From Felis catus (lineage: Eukaryota): a DNA stretch of 64,000 nt. Positions 63,181-64,000 of this stretch are shown piece after piece (positions within the stretch are counted from its first letter, which is position 1; each line of letters opens with the position of its first letter). The stretch spans positions 2,110,001-2,174,000 of the forward strand of contig NC_058369.1 of assembly GCF_018350175.1 (NCBI RefSeq), in the 5' to 3' direction. The position numbers and the translations under genes were made by a program. A model generated the notes under the pieces. That model was not told the origin of the DNA. It worked only from the letters and a program-made list of their open reading frames with translations, and did not search any database.

Positions 63181-64000
63181 AAGGTAATCTACACAGGTCA
63201 AGTCTACTAACAGAGTGAAGGGCCATTCCACATGGACAATAGAGAGAAATCATACACCCTGACCTGGAGAAAATACTTACAACACATAGAAATGAAACAG
63301 CATGAATATCCATAGAATGTGAAGAAGACCGAAGATACAAGAAGCACACATTTGAGTTACAGGTGACAATATGCTGGAAACGCTTCCACAGAAGAGGGAA
63401 CCCCACATGTGAGAAATGCTCAGCCCTAGGGGAATAAGAAAAATCAATGTGTGCTCTCAAGGAGACCCCACATCACACACCTGAGCTGGAAAAAATGAAG
63501 CCATTTAACATCCAGTGCCACAAGTGAAAGGAATCAGCACTGATGAGTGATTCTCACACTGCATCCACATTTCTTGCTTTATTTTAACTTAATCTCAATC
63601 TGCAATATGCCATTTTCCCCAATGTGTAAAAATTACCTGCGTTTACATTTGGAGACATGAAACCACTGAGCAGGACTGCCGACAAAAGCAGAAGATGAAC
63701 TTGAGATCTGCTTTGAGCACCTTGTGTCATTTCAATGACACAAAGACCCCATCTCAGCATATAAAGAAAAATGTGCAGAATCACAGCTTCTACACTGTGC
63801 TCAAGATAAAAGAAAGAAGGGAAATTATCAGGCACTTTATGGTTTAAAAAAAAAGGAAACCATGCTTTTCAGAAAACAGGTACCTCTTAAATTTACCCAC
63901 GTGATAGCAATTTGAAAGTCAGAATTGACTACATCCCAGTTTGCAGAATTTGCATGTATCTCTGACCACCAGGAATTAACCAGAAGTATCACATGTTTTT

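Larger units (their letters stand above)
56085..64000 (+). repeat. Segmental duplication, copy 2
   Basis: See 23790-32437; runs off the window end. Confidence 0.95.

Overview
Mammalian, not prokaryotic, DNA. About 35 tRNA-derived carnivore SINEs, many of the young felid SINEC_Fc type, point to a cat or other felid. The window is part of a tandemly duplicated KRAB zinc-finger cluster. One intact minus-strand ZNF77-like gene can be built from canonical splice sites: ATG exon 48459-48461, KRAB-A 40874-41000, 37901-38081, finger exon 35906-37481; 628 aa, 12 intact C2H2 fingers. It has a CCAAT-rich CpG-island promoter at about 48.4-48.9 kb. A paralogous promoter and first exon lie at about 14.1-14.5 kb. 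Two exon-less paralog skeletons (about 16.8-33.9 kb and 54.9-64 kb) retain intronic sequence. The rest is L1s, ERV1-class LTR/internal relics and a TSD-flanked PDCD2 retrocopy that appears to record a doubly alternatively spliced mRNA. I see no new multi-gene biochemical system. The most interesting signals are gene birth and death, gene conversion, a candidate microexon and retroposition fossils. Repeat family names are from recall of consensus sequences, identities are estimated by eye, and repeat boundaries are approximate.
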